The notes under the pieces are model-generated. The model saw only the letters and a program-made list of their open reading frames with translations, did not search any database and was not told the DNA's origin. From Rhizodiscina lignyota (Eukaryota): a DNA stretch of 64,000 nucleotides. The position numbers and the translations under genes are program-made. Of this stretch, positions 13,372-27,153 are shown piece by piece; position 1 is the first letter of the stretch; every line of letters begins with the position of its first letter. Where the stretch lies: assembly GCA_010015805.1 (NCBI GenBank), contig ML978142.1, forward strand, positions 62,001 to 126,000, in the 5' to 3' direction.

Positions 13372-14623
13372 CGTCAGTCTTCGTAGCAAATGCCGATGCG
13401 TTGAAAGTGAGGCGGAGGCCGGGAACAGTAGGCCAATGTGGTAAAGGACGCACCTACTTGTCACGCCCCAGAATCTGCCTGCAGCTTGAGTTCCCTTGTT
13501 ACGTTGTCCTGTCCCGATAGAACAAGGAACTTCACATCTATGCAGGAACCCGCAGTGTCCTCCGTCGAACAATGGCCCTTGTGCGACAACGCGATGCTGG
13601 CGGGGAAGTATAGAGGGGAGGTAGGTATGCGTGGATGAGGCCGTTGGGTCGAGCGAAGGAAATTGGACTATACTGTGAGGCTGTCAGCCGCCGTTACACT
13701 CAATGAAGTTTTGGAAGAATTGTGGATGTAGGTGGGACAAGACGTGCATCGGCGACAAGGACCGAATGGGCTCCAAGCATATCGCCCACACCGCAGAGTT
13801 ACACAGGAGCTGAATGCGCCAAAGAGAAGAGGGAAGGAAGACGTACGCCACTGGCAAGCCCAATATTCCTCAGCAAGGTATGTCGGAAGTTCGCGATGAT
13901 CTTTGAAGCTGTGGTTGTCAAGGCCTGGTGCGGCTCGTGAGTCGGAGGTGGGATGTCGAGCAGCGAGCGAGTGGCCGCACGGGAGACCACGCGCAAAGTC
14001 AGCGAGCGGAATTTTTCATGCGAAACAGAGGAATCTCCTGCCTGCGGAGGCTCGAAGATGGCGATTTGGCAGGTCGTGGAAGTCCACCGACTGGTTGAGA
14101 CGGCGGTAAATAGGGGTCCTGGCTGTTGCGCGGTTGCACGAACAAAGACGCAGCGGCGCGCGCGAGCGCACAGAGCCTTTCCAACGGAGCGGCGGTTGGG
14201 ATTCCAGGAGTGGCCGACGCCTGTGTCCAAGAGCGAGGCGGGCGGAGGTGCAGTGCGAGTAGAGATGTGTCGGATATGGTGAATGTGGTGTGCCAATTGC
14301 AGGGGAATGTATAGCAGATCAGATGGTGGCCGTACCTGAGCAGGCTTGGCGCGGCGAGTCGGTTGAAGGCTGCGCTAGAAGGCGTTAACGCTAGAACGCG
14401 CAACGCTCTTGCGACGCCTGCTTCAGCTTCACCAGCTCCCCTTCAAGCACCCGGCCCAGTCACCTGCCCGCGCTGTTTCATCGGCCCCGCCAAATAGGTG
14501 CTCGGGGATACGAGCTGCTATTTTCCGCCGGTAGCTGATAGCTGTCAGACCGTCAGAGCACGTCTACCTGCTCAAATCTACGTTGCTGACGCACGCCTCT
14601 TCTCACCCACCACACTCTGCAAG

Positions 14624-15844
14624 ATGTCGCTTGTAGCAGGGCCGGGCCGCGGAGGCCATCATCAGCCCGCTCTCCCCGACGAGCTCGAGCTGTGCGTGGA
14701 GAAGCATGTTGCGTATATCAAGAGCCTCGACACTGTATGTGTCTGCCACGTTGACGCGTGCAGTCGCTGACAGCTGTCGCAGCGGAAAGACGAGTATGAG
14801 TACTGGTTGACGGAACATCTCAGACTGAACGGCTTGTATTGGGGCCTCACAGCACTCCACCTTCTCGGACATCCAGACGCCCTTCCTCGCTCCGAAGTAA
14901 TCGACTTCGTCATGTCGTGCATGCATGACAATGGAGGATTTAGCGCAGCTCCAGGGCACGATCCACATATGCTGTACACTTGCAGTGCGGTGCAAATACT
15001 CGCCACGCTGGATGCCTTTGGTGATCTGGAAGCGCATGTAAATGGCGGAAAAGAGAAGGTGGCACGCTGTAAGCTCGTAGTCTGTAGGTCATGACAAGCC
15101 GAGTTCTCACAGAGTGCGTAGACATAGCAAATCTTCAGGATCGAGACACTGGCACGTTCAATGGAGACGGATGGGGAGAGAAGGACACGCGCTTTCTCTT
15201 CAATGCGCTGCTGGCTCTCTCCCTCCTTGGTATGATGCACCTTGTCGACGTTCAGAAGGGGGTAGAGTATGTTCAGTCGTGCGCAAACTTTGACGGTGGC
15301 TATGGAACAGGCCCAGGCGCAGAGTCTCATGCAGGGCAAATCTATACCTGTGTCGGAGTACTCTCCATTACGAAGAGACTGGATCTTGTTGATAAGGAGA
15401 AGCTGGGTGCCTGGCTGAGCGATCGCCAGCTCCCGAATGGCGGGTTAAATGGGCGGCCAGAGAAGAAAGAAGATGTTTGCTACAGCTGGTGGGTGGGCAG
15501 CAGCCTCGCCATGATTGACAGGCTGCACTGGATCGATCAGGAGAAGCTCTCCAAGTTCATCCTGCAGTGTCAGGTACTGGTCCCGTCGTAGTCGCCAACG
15601 ACTGCCCTCTAACACTGCTAGGACTCCGAACTTGGTGGCTTTGCCGATCGGCCAGGTGACATGGTCGACGTCTTCCACACCGTATTCGGCCTGGCCGGGT
15701 TGAGCCTGATGAAGCACCCGGGAGTCCGGGAAGTTGACCCAATCTAGTGAGTCCCTTAAAGGCAGCGAGGTTTCCGAGGAATTAATTGCCGACGACTGCA
15801 GTTGCATGCCTAAAGACATCATAAATAGGGTTGTTGGCGGTTGA
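14624..15844 (+). CDS. BET2: Rab geranylgeranyltransferase (GGTase II) beta subunit
   Basis: [63 protein letters not shown]. Introns 14735-14782, 15069-15121, 15574-15621, 15747-15801. Confidence 0.95.
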
Positions 15845-16464
15845 CGCCAAGACTCGCGATGTGCCACCATCTCGCCCAATGCGGACTACGGCGATTCAAC
15901 CAGACGAAAGCTTCTTTCCCACTCTTGCTATCTAATAGCCCGCAAGGCACACTCCATGCGCTGCGGGATACAAAGCGAGAGAAGAGCAATACGTATCAAT
16001 ATCAAATACCCAGCAGACGCCTTAAGTTCTGCTTAGGTACGTACGAGCGCGTGACATTCGATTCGATCAAGAAACCAAGATAGACTTTTGCCTCGGATTG
16101 CGCCGTCTTAGCTGCTGTGTGTTGAAGAAGGAGGCCTCTTCGTAGTTGCCATATCGAATTTCGTTTAAAAAGTGGGCTCGCGATGTGTTTGGTTCTTGCC
16201 GCTTCACTCTCCTCGACGACAACAACAAATCTACGTCGTCGACTGCGACGGCGATGGGAAGCTGCACTTAGCCATCGAGGCCTTCCGCAGACCCCGGAAG
16301 ATCTTCAATTCACAAACACTCGTCCTTCTTCCCTTACTTCACTCACTCTCGTCTCATCACACTGCCCTTCCTTCGCCCTTCAAGTCCCTCCTTACAACAC
16401 TTGACCGAGTCCTCAGTACGATCGTTGCTTTCTCCATTCTCTGCCACTCGTAACGGCCTTCAGG

Positions 16465-18079
16465 ATGGCCTCAATCCCACTGCACTGCATCGCCTGCCAA
16501 AAGAAGCCGAAATTCAGCGATGTATCCCATCTCCTCACTCACATCGCCAGCAAAGGCCATTTGTCTCAGTACTACCGGCTCAAGGTCAAGTCTGGTAGCG
16601 ACGAAACATCGCGAGTCCTGGTCGACCAGTTCGACCATTGGTACCGCCAATATGGCGTGGAGGAGCTCATGCACGAACGGATGAACATCAAGGACAAGAA
16701 GCGGCCTCGCCCTCGAACGTCGGGTAATTTTGGGTTTCGTCTGAACTCTCATCATCTTACTAAACTCAGTTGCAGCGTCGAGTAAGGTCGTCTCTCGAGC
16801 CAATGCCACTGCTCCTCGTCCCAATTCACGCACAAGCAATCGTCCCACCCTTGGTTACCTCGACCCACGTCTCAACACCGAACATAACATCAAAACCGAG
16901 GCGCGTCCCACACCTCCAATCGCATCAATGGGCTCACCGCACCCATATGCCCCTTTCGCAGGGCCAATGTCGGCTTACTATCCTGTCCCTCCGCACTTTT
17001 CCCTTCGCAGCCAGCAAATACCAAATCTTCAATATGGAAATCAGCACACTCCAATCCTTCACCATAATGATTGGGCTGGAGACGGAATGTCGGAGAGCAG
17101 CGGATTGACAAGCCTCCCTGCCACTGAGACGTCCACTGATATGACGGTCATCTCTCAAGACGGAACTGAGGGCTCAATTATCGACACTGTCGAGGATCAC
17201 GCGGTTGCTGAATGTGCGAAGCTGAAGGGAGTTCACTGGCCTGGTATGGATATTTTCGACTCCGCAACACCCGAGGCGAGGCGCAAGCGCAATCAGAAGA
17301 AAAACGCGTCCGTGCTGATGCAGCTCGAGACTAATTCCACCTTGGCAGAAGCAACAGAATTTGTGTGGTCACCACTCGGCAATCTGAAGAGGGTGCAAGT
17401 CATCACCGGCTTGCCAGAAGACGAGGACATGCTCAGCAGCCCATCAAAGTCTGCGAGGAAGAGAGCTCGCACGCGCTCCCCAACTAGAGAAGCGCTTGTT
17501 GAGATCAGCGGTAGGCAGTTCGGACGAGCCTACCCATCTCGTGGACAGACTAATGGATTTTTCGATGGATCAGAGGACGACAAGGTGGAGAATGAGCTCA
17601 CGTATAGACCGAAGCGGCAGCGCTTTCCAGTCTACCGGGGCGAGGAGGAGGCCCACTATCCGCATACACTGGCAAGTTTCAGCCACCCAGCGCCCATGAC
17701 ACTCCTTACTTCTCCCTTTGCAGACTCGCAACACTACGGCGCGGTCACCACAGCACCCATGTCCATTGGACATGCTATGGCACATCGTGCAAATGGCAAT
17801 CCGCTCTATCACCCCCCAAAGGAGAACTACCAAGGACAGGCACAGCACTCGTCTTACTCTGAGAACTACAGCATCCCTGGTTTGCAGTCTCATTATCATC
17901 ATCAGCTGTCGCAGTCGAACAACTTCCCTCCGACAATGTGGTCGTCGACCCAGGACAATATATCCTACTTCCAGCAGCCGATTGACGGCTTCGGCGAATT
18001 CAAGCTCAGCCCGCTCAAGCTTGACCGCCCAGTCTCCGATGACGATCGCACCATCACGGCGCCAAACTCTGAGATTTGA
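16465..18079 (+). CDS. Fungal hypothetical protein with N-terminal C2H2 (matrin-like) zinc finger
   Basis: CIACQKKPKFSDVSHLLTHIASKGH. Intron 16724-16775 joins it in frame to ORF 16928-18079, which has a LKGVHWPGMDIFDSATPEARRKRNQKK block. Confidence 0.8.
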
Positions 18080-18947
18080 ACAACGACCGACGGATGAACT
18101 ACACCATGGCCAGCAAAATTGCGATTCACGTTGGGGAATGAGGTTTCTTTTTTTCGTTTAGCGCGAAGCCATCCCCAACGACGATGACGTTCATTACAAG
18201 ACTTTGACTCCGACTCTGATGTCGACATGGCTCTTTGGCATCCGGAATGTTCTGAGACTAGTTCTCAGGTACCAATCGCTCTATAGATTTCTCTTCCTTT
18301 CAAACACCTTTTACTCGACAGGAATTCACAGCATAAGGGGCAAGTTGACGATATCTGGTACGGATATCCTGAAGTATAGCTTTTTGAATATGGCTGAACA
18401 TGGCTCTAAGCGGGCGGTATACTATCACGGCGGAAAAGCAGGAGTGTACGGAGTGAAATGACTTTGAACAGTAGCTTGGCTTTTGATGCTATCTGTGTAG
18501 CTCAAGCCAGCAGACTGCTCTGATAGTAATGACAAGGGAAAACCCAAGTTTCTTTTGCTGATTGCTCTCCTCTCATGCCTTGCCTTGCACGTATGCCCAG
18601 GCAGCGTAGGGTTGAAGTAGCATTTCCACACTTCATGCTCCGTACGTGAACTGGACGCTGACTCGCAGAATGCTGACGTCGACAGTGAAAGCAGCTAAGA
18701 CATCCTTGCAGCACATCTTGAGGCTCTTAACCGTCTTGCAGGAACCCGCATGCCGTGCCGCTCTGACTTAACGCCGATCTTAAGGCGCCAGGCCACAGAG
18801 AGGCTTACATCATTCACACGTGTGAAACTTCGGCAGCAAGTTTTGATGCCCTCGTGCCCACCTCCCACTTTGCAGTTTGAACAACTTCTTCTTCTTGTGC
18901 TCTACGTTTGCTCTTTGCCGGTCTCTGGCATTTGAATTGAGGTCACG

Positions 18948-19938
18948 ATGGACTATACCGCACGGAAGTTGGTGCAGAGGCACCCGCTGCAATGGATGGA
19001 AAGTCCATCCCGCACTGCATCTGCGGCACTGCATGTACGCTCCCGCAACCATACCTTCCGCATTGCCTCTCCATCTCCAGCGCTAATCAGGACACCTATT
19101 CCAGGCCGGAGGCCTCGCGAGCTTCGCATACTCCTACAAATAGTACGTTTACCCGTCGTACCAAGCCTGATCACGCGACGGCTAACCAGCACCCCGACAG
19201 CCTAATCGACCACCCGAATCCAATGTATGAAGACTAGTGATACTCCCTTCCAACTGATACCTGCAAGTCGGTACTAAAGAGGCCGGACAGAAACGACTCG
19301 TACGGATGGCACATGCAGTACCTCACCATCATCGGGCTGTCGCTCGCGACCGCGACGTTCACCGTCGGGCTGGCGAGCGACATCACGCTGAGCACGCGCC
19401 TCTTCCGCGTGAAGAACTTCCTCGCGGTGACGAGCGCGCCGATGGAAGTGCTCGTTAGCATTCTGTACTGGGGGCTGAGAGCTGTTCGTCCCCTTCTTCT
19501 CCTTCAGCCTCCTCTCTTCAATTCATCCCCACCACAATAGGATGACTGACATTCTTGAACTTTCCATAGATCGACCCGAAACTCGTCCTGCCCTCCTGGG
19601 CCCCACCACTCCCCGTCCTGTATGACGTCTCCTTTCACGGCGTCCCGGCCATCGTCCTGACCCTCGACATTCTGCTGCTCTCTCCGCCGTGGACAATCTC
19701 CGTCGCCCCCGCTTGCATCATCTCTCTCATCCTCGCTTTCGGATACTGGTTCTGGGTCGAGCTGTGCTACTCGCACAACGGGTTCTATCCCTATCCAATA
19801 TTCGAGCAGCTCAACCCGCCGAGCCGCGCCGCGCTGTTTGCCTTAAGTGCTGCGGTGTTTGCGGCAAGTACGTTTGCGCTGAAGGGGGTGCAGGGGTTGG
19901 TTAATGGGGGGGAGAGACCGGGCAAGGTGAAAGGTTAG
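18948..19938 (+). CDS. FAR-17a/AIG1-like integral membrane protein
   Basis: Five exons give ...SYGWHMQYLTIIGLSL...PMEVLVSILYWGLRAIDPKLV...FHGVPAIVLTLD...NGFYPYPIF; multiple hydrophobic helices. Confidence 0.87.
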
Positions 19939-20274
19939 TTTGGTAAAAGACCAGAGCCCCTCATAAATCAAAGGAGTGTGGAACGGAGTATTGACAAGCT
20001 TAATTGATAGCAGACAATGGTGCCAGGGGGCACTGATCGGATTGGGTACTGGTCCTTCTCGGGGGCAGCATGTGATTCCGTACATAGCGGAACTTTTATA
20101 GAATATGGAACATATGCGAATATCACTTTTCTATCCGTCTACCCAAGGCTGCTGTTTGAGCATCGCAGCGCAATAACAAAGGAGATCCTGTATCCTTACA
20201 ACACGTCATGGGCCAATTCAGACGATGACTCCCAAGTCATTCCAAACTTACTCGATAACCAGAATTCTCTATCA

Positions 20275-21910
20275 TCACCGCACAATCAAATCCTCTCTCG
20301 CCGGCCCCGTCCCAATCCAGCGCACCTTGACTCCCGTACTTCGCTCAATCCACTCCACATACTTCCTAGCATTCTCCGGCAAATCATCCCATCTCTTGCA
20401 TCCTGCCGTCTTCCCGCCAAGCTTCCCACCCCAGCCCGGCAGCGTCTCGTACGTGCATTCTAGCGTCTCGAGCATCTTCAATCCCGCAGGGAAACTCGGC
20501 ACTTCCTCCCCGCCGACCTTGTACGCCGTGCAGACTTGTATCTCGTCAAATGCGTCTAGGACGTCGAGTTTGGTGAGGTTGAACGCAGTGTAGTGGTTGA
20601 TGTGCGTTGAGTACTTGGCTAGCACCAGGTCGAACCAGCCGCAACGACGTGGACGGCCGGATGTTACGCCCACCTCGTGTCCGACGCTTTGTAGAGTTTT
20701 GCCGATTTCGTTATCGGCCTGTTCTGTTGGGAACGGACCGGAACCGACGCGCGTGGTGTACGCTTTCACTACGCCGACGATGTCTTTCAACTTGAAAGGC
20801 GAGATGGAGAGGCCGGTGAAGCAGCCGCCCAGGCCAGTGTTGGACGATGTTACCATGGGATAGGTACCCGCATCGATGTCGAGCAACAACGCGTTTGCGC
20901 CTTCGACGAGAATGGGCTGGTTGCTTTCTTGCGCGGATGCGATCAGGGGCACTTGGTCGACTACGAAGCTCGCCAACGTCTCGCGGTACGTGTCGAAGCG
21001 CGCAATTTCCTCGTTGACAGAGTAGCCCTTTAATTGCTCCTTTCCATAGCGTTGCTCAAATGTATGGTGGATCGTGCGCAGTTTGTGCTCGAGAATCTCC
21101 TTGTCGAAGATGTCGCCGATGCGGGCGCCGCTGCGCGCTGCTTTGGTGGAGTAACATGGGCCGATGCCGCGCTTCGTGGTGCCGATGTTGCCCTTGCCGA
21201 GCTCCTCTTCTTCCAGTCGGTCGGCGAGCTGGTGCAGGTCGAAGACGACGTGCGCGCGGTCGGAGATGAAGAGGCGGCCGTCGGTGTCGAGACCGCCGTC
21301 TTGCAGCTTCTTGAGCTCGCGGAAGAACGAGGGGATGTTGACCACGGTGCCGGAACCGATCTGGAGAGGTTGTGAGTTGGGATTGGAAACGATAGTCTAG
21401 GAACTACGGACCAGGTTGATACAGTTGGGGGACAGAAGCCCACTTGGGATGATATGACTGTAAAGCTGAAGTTAGTACTTACCTGCGGGCTGCATGTTAG
21501 ACTTACAAGTCGTATGTCGTGCCTTTGACGACGACCTGCAAGGTACTTAGCATTGTATCAAAAGTAATATCGGGCTCACATACAGTATGTCCGGCATTGT
21601 CACCGCCAGCTTAATTGGCCTGTTAGCAAAACTGAAAATTGTGCTCTTTGAATATACGAGTCGGCTTACCTGCTCTGCAGCAGAGGCGGAAGTTGGAGTC
21701 GCCGGCGAGCAAAGCGTCAATGAGCTTGCCTTTGCCTGTTTCACTGTCAGAAAATGACGGTCATATTCACAGATACATCCCTCAGCATGCAGCTACAGGA
21801 TACAGGGCATAGAAACAGCTTCGAAACCTCAGCCTTGCGGACGGGAATTTTCGGGAAAAGATGAGCGTACCTTCGTCGCCCCACTGTACGCCCAGCACGA
21901 TGGTCGCCAT
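20275..21910 (-). CDS. ADE12: Adenylosuccinate synthetase
   Basis: MATIVLGVQWGDEGKGKLID, GGDNAGHT, DFHIIPSG, IGTTKRGIGP, EGANALLLDID, GVTSGRPRRCGW, TKLDVLD. Five short 5' exons, including micro-exons of 26 and 29 nt. Confidence 0.97.
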
Positions 21911-22677
21911 GATCGTATCGATGGAGAGGAAGTGTTATAAGTCGACTTGGAGGAGCATTGAAAGTGTATAGAGGGTTGGCTTGCAGGCGCAAGAGACAAA
22001 GAAGTGATGACGCGCGTGAGTCAGCTCCAGTTCGGTTCCGCGGGGCGTAGAAATGCTCCAGGCGCGACAACTGTTGGGAGACGGCTGGCCGACGCCCAAT
22101 TGAAGACAGGAGATGCAGGCAACACTCGGACTGGTGCTTCAATGGCCCGTCACGCAGCACTACAAATTTGATGCCAAGCATCTCGAGCTTCTGGCAATGT
22201 CGCGATCATCGGCCGAAGCCGGCGCGCACCCACGCTTGCCCCTTCCAGACGGCGGGGTGAAGGTCGATCAATTCCGCCCTCGCCCACGCAGCGCCTCGTG
22301 CCGCGCGGCCAGCAGCGGAACGATGGGCAGCGAGGAGCGGTAGCGAGCACATGGGCATGGGCATGGGCGTGGACGCGGATGCAGGCCTGGCGGCGGTGTG
22401 GAGCATTCGCCTTATCGCATGTCCCCTCTCCTCCGCCTCGTCTGGCGCACCAGCGACAATCGCCGCAGCCGATGCGCCATCCCTCACTGGCTGGCCCAGC
22501 AGAAAGCCACAGGGCTGCCGGCCAAGCGATGTACATACCCAAGATACAGCGAATCGAAGCCCGCGTCCAGGCGTGTGCGCCGTGTCGCAGACACCGTGCC
22601 TACTGACACTGTATTCCTCTACTCCTCCCCACTTCGCCATCTGAAGCGGTCGTGAATGGCCCAGCATCGCCTCCGAT

Positions 22678-25460
22678 ATGCCGCGACCAAAGAAAGAAGG
22701 CGCACCCGAACCCAAGAAGCGGAGCCGCAACGGCTGTTGGTAAGAGACTCCAGCGTGAATTTCTACTTAGCGCCGAGGAGAGACTGATTGCTGCTTGCCA
22801 GGCCTTGCAAAGCGCGCAAGGTCAAATGGTACGCCTTCCATCCCATCCCCAACTCCTGACAAGCTCCGTCGATAACACTGTGATAGCGGCGAAGAGAAGC
22901 CCCGATGCCTGAACTGCGAGCGACAGGGCGAGACGTGCGACTACAGCATCCGTCTGAACTGGGGCGGACGCTCGAAGAAGGGCAACGACGACGCAAACGA
23001 GCCTCTTAGTCTCACAAGCAGCCCGCACTCGTCTTTCTTCCCTACTCCTGAAGCCCTTATCGGATCGCCCGCACCCTCTGCCACCTACTCCGAGCCGGGG
23101 ACGAGACCACGGGCACACACAAGGACACGCTCGAATCTGTCGCTGCCGCCAGAAGAACAGGCAATCGATCCCCACATCTTCCCCGGTGGTGCTGCACCGA
23201 CGAGCGCGCCAGCAAACAATGGAAACTTCCAGCAAGAGCAAGGAGGCTATTCGAGCAATGGAGGTCTCTCGATAGATACGCTCCGACAGCAACCACACCA
23301 ACAACATTTCCGAGACATCACGTCTGCGCCGATCGATCCTCGAATCGAGAGCTTGGGCATAAGAGCCTCTCCAAACTATCCTTCTCCTGTCACCTCTAAC
23401 CTGCAGAGTCCGAATTTCGTCGAGACTGTAGCTGGTGCCGGGTTCAGCTTTGACCGATCAGGAACCCCTTCGTCTGCTCTCCTACCGCCATTCAATGCCA
23501 TTGCAGGGTCGGAGTCGCCGATTGCTCCTTCGGCCCACACCGAGTTCTTCGATCCTGCCGAGCACCAAGCGAAACGGATGAGACTTAGCCCCACCAATGA
23601 CCACTCAGCTGTCCCACGGTTTGCTCGATTGCCGGTTGACGAGAGTTCAGCCTTTGGATATGACGCACATTCGCTACAACCGCAAACGAACGTTACTTTC
23701 AACTTTGCACCAACTCCACTGACGCCAGGGCATGGCATGGACGAGATTGGCATCACAGTTACTCAACCACCTTCAACTCAAAGTCAAGTGCCAGAAGAAC
23801 CGCGACGCTTGTCTGTCAACGATCTGCTCTCCGCGCCACCACCAGATGATATGCTCACGCCCCAAACGCCGGACTCTTGGCCAACCCACGATGTAGATAC
23901 CACAGCATACGGCTACGATCTTGGCAAACCGGATGAAGATGTCCCGAAGAACAATGACGCTGATGCAATCAGGGTGATCGGATCTCCCGAAGCGAAGAGG
24001 CTCCCATTCCCTTCTGGAGGCTTCTTCTTTGATGGACACAGCGATGAAGCGGAAGAGGAGTCGAAAGAGAGACCAATTGCTTTCAATAGAGGCGGATACT
24101 ACGCCAAGCCCGTTGGCATTCGCATTCCGAAAGCTTTGGAGCCTCTACCATCCAAGTTGATGGAGAATCCGATGAATCTTCTGTATTTTCATCACTTCCT
24201 CAATCACACAGCGCGCATCCTCGTCCCTCATGATTGCGAGCAGAACCCGTTCAGGAACATCTTACCCCAAAGTAAATCAAATCTCCCTCCATTCCGTCAA
24301 CCTTGCAATACTAACCCCAACCCAGTGGCTGTCCAAGATGACAACATCCTCAACCTCATGCTCGCCTACTCCGCCGCCCACCGCGCCCGCCTCCTCCAAC
24401 ACCCTGAGCCGCAGATCCGCATCGCAGAATACGTCCAGGACGTCTTCCCTAAGCTCCGTCATGCCCTCACCTCCACCGCCGAGCAGGTCTCTACAACCAA
24501 CCTCGCCTCCGCAATCATGCTAGCCTCCCTCGAAATCATGTCACCCAACACGTTCGCCTTGCAAATCAGCTGGCAGAACCATCTCACCATCGCGCGCGAG
24601 ATGATCTTCGCGCGCGGCGGCCCGCAGAGCGTGCACAAGAAAGACAAGGTGTCTTATTTTCTGTCGCGGTGGTTCGCGTACCTAGACGTGCTGGGGAGTT
24701 TAAGCGGGAGTAAGAACGATTGGCCGCTGAGCAGTAATTACTGGTCCACCGATGGTGGGGAGATCGAGGACGACTTCCAGATTGACTGCCTCATGGGCTT
24801 TACGAGCAGGTGTGTGAGCATCCTGGCGAGGATAGCGGAACTCGCGAAGAGCTGTGAGAAGGAGCGCATCGATGTAGATGGAAATGTTAATCACGAGTGG
24901 CGCCCGAGCGGCGACGTCGTCACGCAGGCGGAGGAGCTGAAACGACAACTGCAAGAGGGCCGTGGACACGTCTCCAAGGCGTGCACGCATCGTCGCGCGA
25001 ATATCTCCGAAAGCGAGATGGCGTGGGACTCCTTGGAAATCTACGCTACGAACGAGGCATTCCACTGGGCTGGCTTGATCCATCTTACGAGAAGAGTGTT
25101 GGGCAGACCGGCTTCCGATCCGGAGGTGCAGAATGCAGTGAGGGAAATCATCGGCGCGCTGTACAAGGTGCGCAGGGGCAGCACGGCGGAGAGTTGTCTG
25201 CTGTTTCCAATGTTCACGGCGGGATGTGATGCGCTTGATAACGGGCAGAGGGGGAAGATTATGGAGAGGTTGAGGAGTGTGGAGGCGTATGGGATGACGC
25301 ACGTGAGTCTCTCTTGCTTTCTTTGTGGTTGTGCAGATTAGTGGTAGCGAGGTTTGGCTGACGGCATTAGCAGGTCAAGAAGGCGAGGCGGTTGATGGAG
25401 AAGGTATGGGATACGGGCAAGCCGTGGGAGAGCATGGGGTCCGACGAGTTCTTTGGGTAA
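22678..25460 (+). CDS. Zn(II)2Cys6 transcription factor with fungal-specific TF domain
   Basis: Spliced cluster RSRNGCWPCKARKVKCGEEKPRCLNCERQGETCDY across two introns. C-terminal LLYFHHF...WFAYLDVLGSLS...CLLFPMFTAGC. In-frame intron 24272-24325; last exon ends EFFG*. Confidence 0.93.
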
Positions 25461-27153
25461 CGTGTGGAGGACTGCATCTCTTGCCCTTTACGATGCGCCA
25501 TTTACACACGACGGGAAGGAGTTTTTGCAATCTTCGGCATATCTGGCGCAAGATGATCTAGCGCATCGGATGAGGCGCCGGCGGGATTTCTGTTGGGATT
25601 GCACAGCGGGCATTGCTGTAATGACACGCACTTTTTACGATATGCTGACAGATACCCAAATGCTACAGTCTTTTCCTGAGGTCTACACTCACTCATCTCC
25701 ATCTTCCGAACTTGTCTTCCGATCGCAAGCAGTGTCTTTCTATGTTGACATTCGTCGCAGGTCCACGTCCAAGAAGTCTTCTCTTCGATTGTCATGCTCC
25801 ACGGAGCAGGCGTGTAATACACCATGGCCTGCAAAGAAGAAGGAATGTCGCATGCGAGTATTGAGACATAGACTAACAAGCCGACATCGCGCTGGTATAT
25901 TACTCTCACGTGAAACGCAGACTTGACGCAACAACACTATATGATCCATACCCCAAGGAGAAGGCGGGCCGCGGGGTGAGCCACACGCATTATGCAATAA
26001 TTTGATACCAAACAACCTGGCGAAACTTGAGGAGCTAAGCTGTCCAGAATGAACGATTTGAGGCGCTGATGATGAATATCTTAAGTCGCCAATGGTGATT
26101 GTCTACAGCTACCGATAGTAAACAGCTTAAATCACAAAATATTGCCTCGGCCTGAGGCCAAAAGATATTTCGCCGCTCCCCTGGGCTCGATGGTCGCTCC
26201 ATGCCATTCAAATTCGTCGAAAAGTTGAGGCATATAATTCACAAAACCTTTATAGCGGCTATGAATCAGACACACCTTCAGAATGACAGATATACTTTGT
26301 CGTCGGTGCTGAAAGTGATCTGCTCTGCATTTTGTGGCCGCGCTTGTGGGTGTTCATCTGTGTGGACTCTACGAAGTTCATCAATTAGAGGAGTTGGATG
26401 AAGAAACGCCTGGCTATAACCAAAGCGCTGTTCGCCAGCGGGTGGGGGGTCGGAGAGCGATGTGTCTAACTTGCGGCCGCGGGACCTCTTTAAGGATTTG
26501 TGGGAACATGATCACAGGGCTTCCGCAATAACGTGATGAATGTTTTGATGATTAGTGTCGGGAAAGGAAATAGGCTCTACACAGGGGTGGAATGCTCCCA
26601 TTGCCGGGCCTGAGGACGAGGACGCTATTTTCCTGACTTGGGCTCACACATCTCTTCCGACAGGGATGTCGCTATGCTTATGAGACTTCGAAAGAGAACA
26701 ACAGCGTAAAATTGAAGGTTGGAGCAGTTGGCTGAAGTGGCTTCTGATCATAGTCAAGGAACCTGCACTTGAGCAGGAGGAGACCGCGAGTACTGCGTCC
26801 GACTTGGCAGAGAGCGAAATTGAAGGTTTCAGTGAACAAAAATATGGGGCGTCAACCATTGACGAAATTGATGTTGAAGTGGTTCGTCCCTGAGAGAGAA
26901 ACAACTTCCACGCGCTGTGGAATGCTCCCATCGCGAAGTCGGTGAGAAGGGACGTGTATTTCTGGTTTGGATTGGAAATCATTCTCTAAAGTGCATGCCG
27001 CCACGCTCAAGTAAACTCAGAGGGGAACAACCCTGAAAATTTCAAGTCAGGCGCCGCACACTTGTGGAGACTCCAGCCATAATCGAGCCGATGGATCGCA
27101 TGCAGCATGGACACGAAGCGTTCCTCATAATTTCGCCGTTTCCAGCGCAACCC

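Noticed and set aside
14337..14427. Possible GC-rich hairpin (GCAGGC...GCCTGC) upstream of BET2
   Set aside because: Imperfect pairing expected in GC-rich promoter DNA, with no recognisable ncRNA motifs.
22348..22368. (CATGGG)x3 repeat in the ADE12/TF divergent promoter
   Set aside because: Short microsatellite with no supportable function, and not a CRISPR-like array.
26070..26155. Box C/D snoRNA-like ATGATGA...CTGA (a similar pair at about 26533-26636)
   Set aside because: No clear C'/D' boxes or terminal stem, and the short rRNA-complementary stretch is not adjacent to the D box. These motifs occur often by chance.
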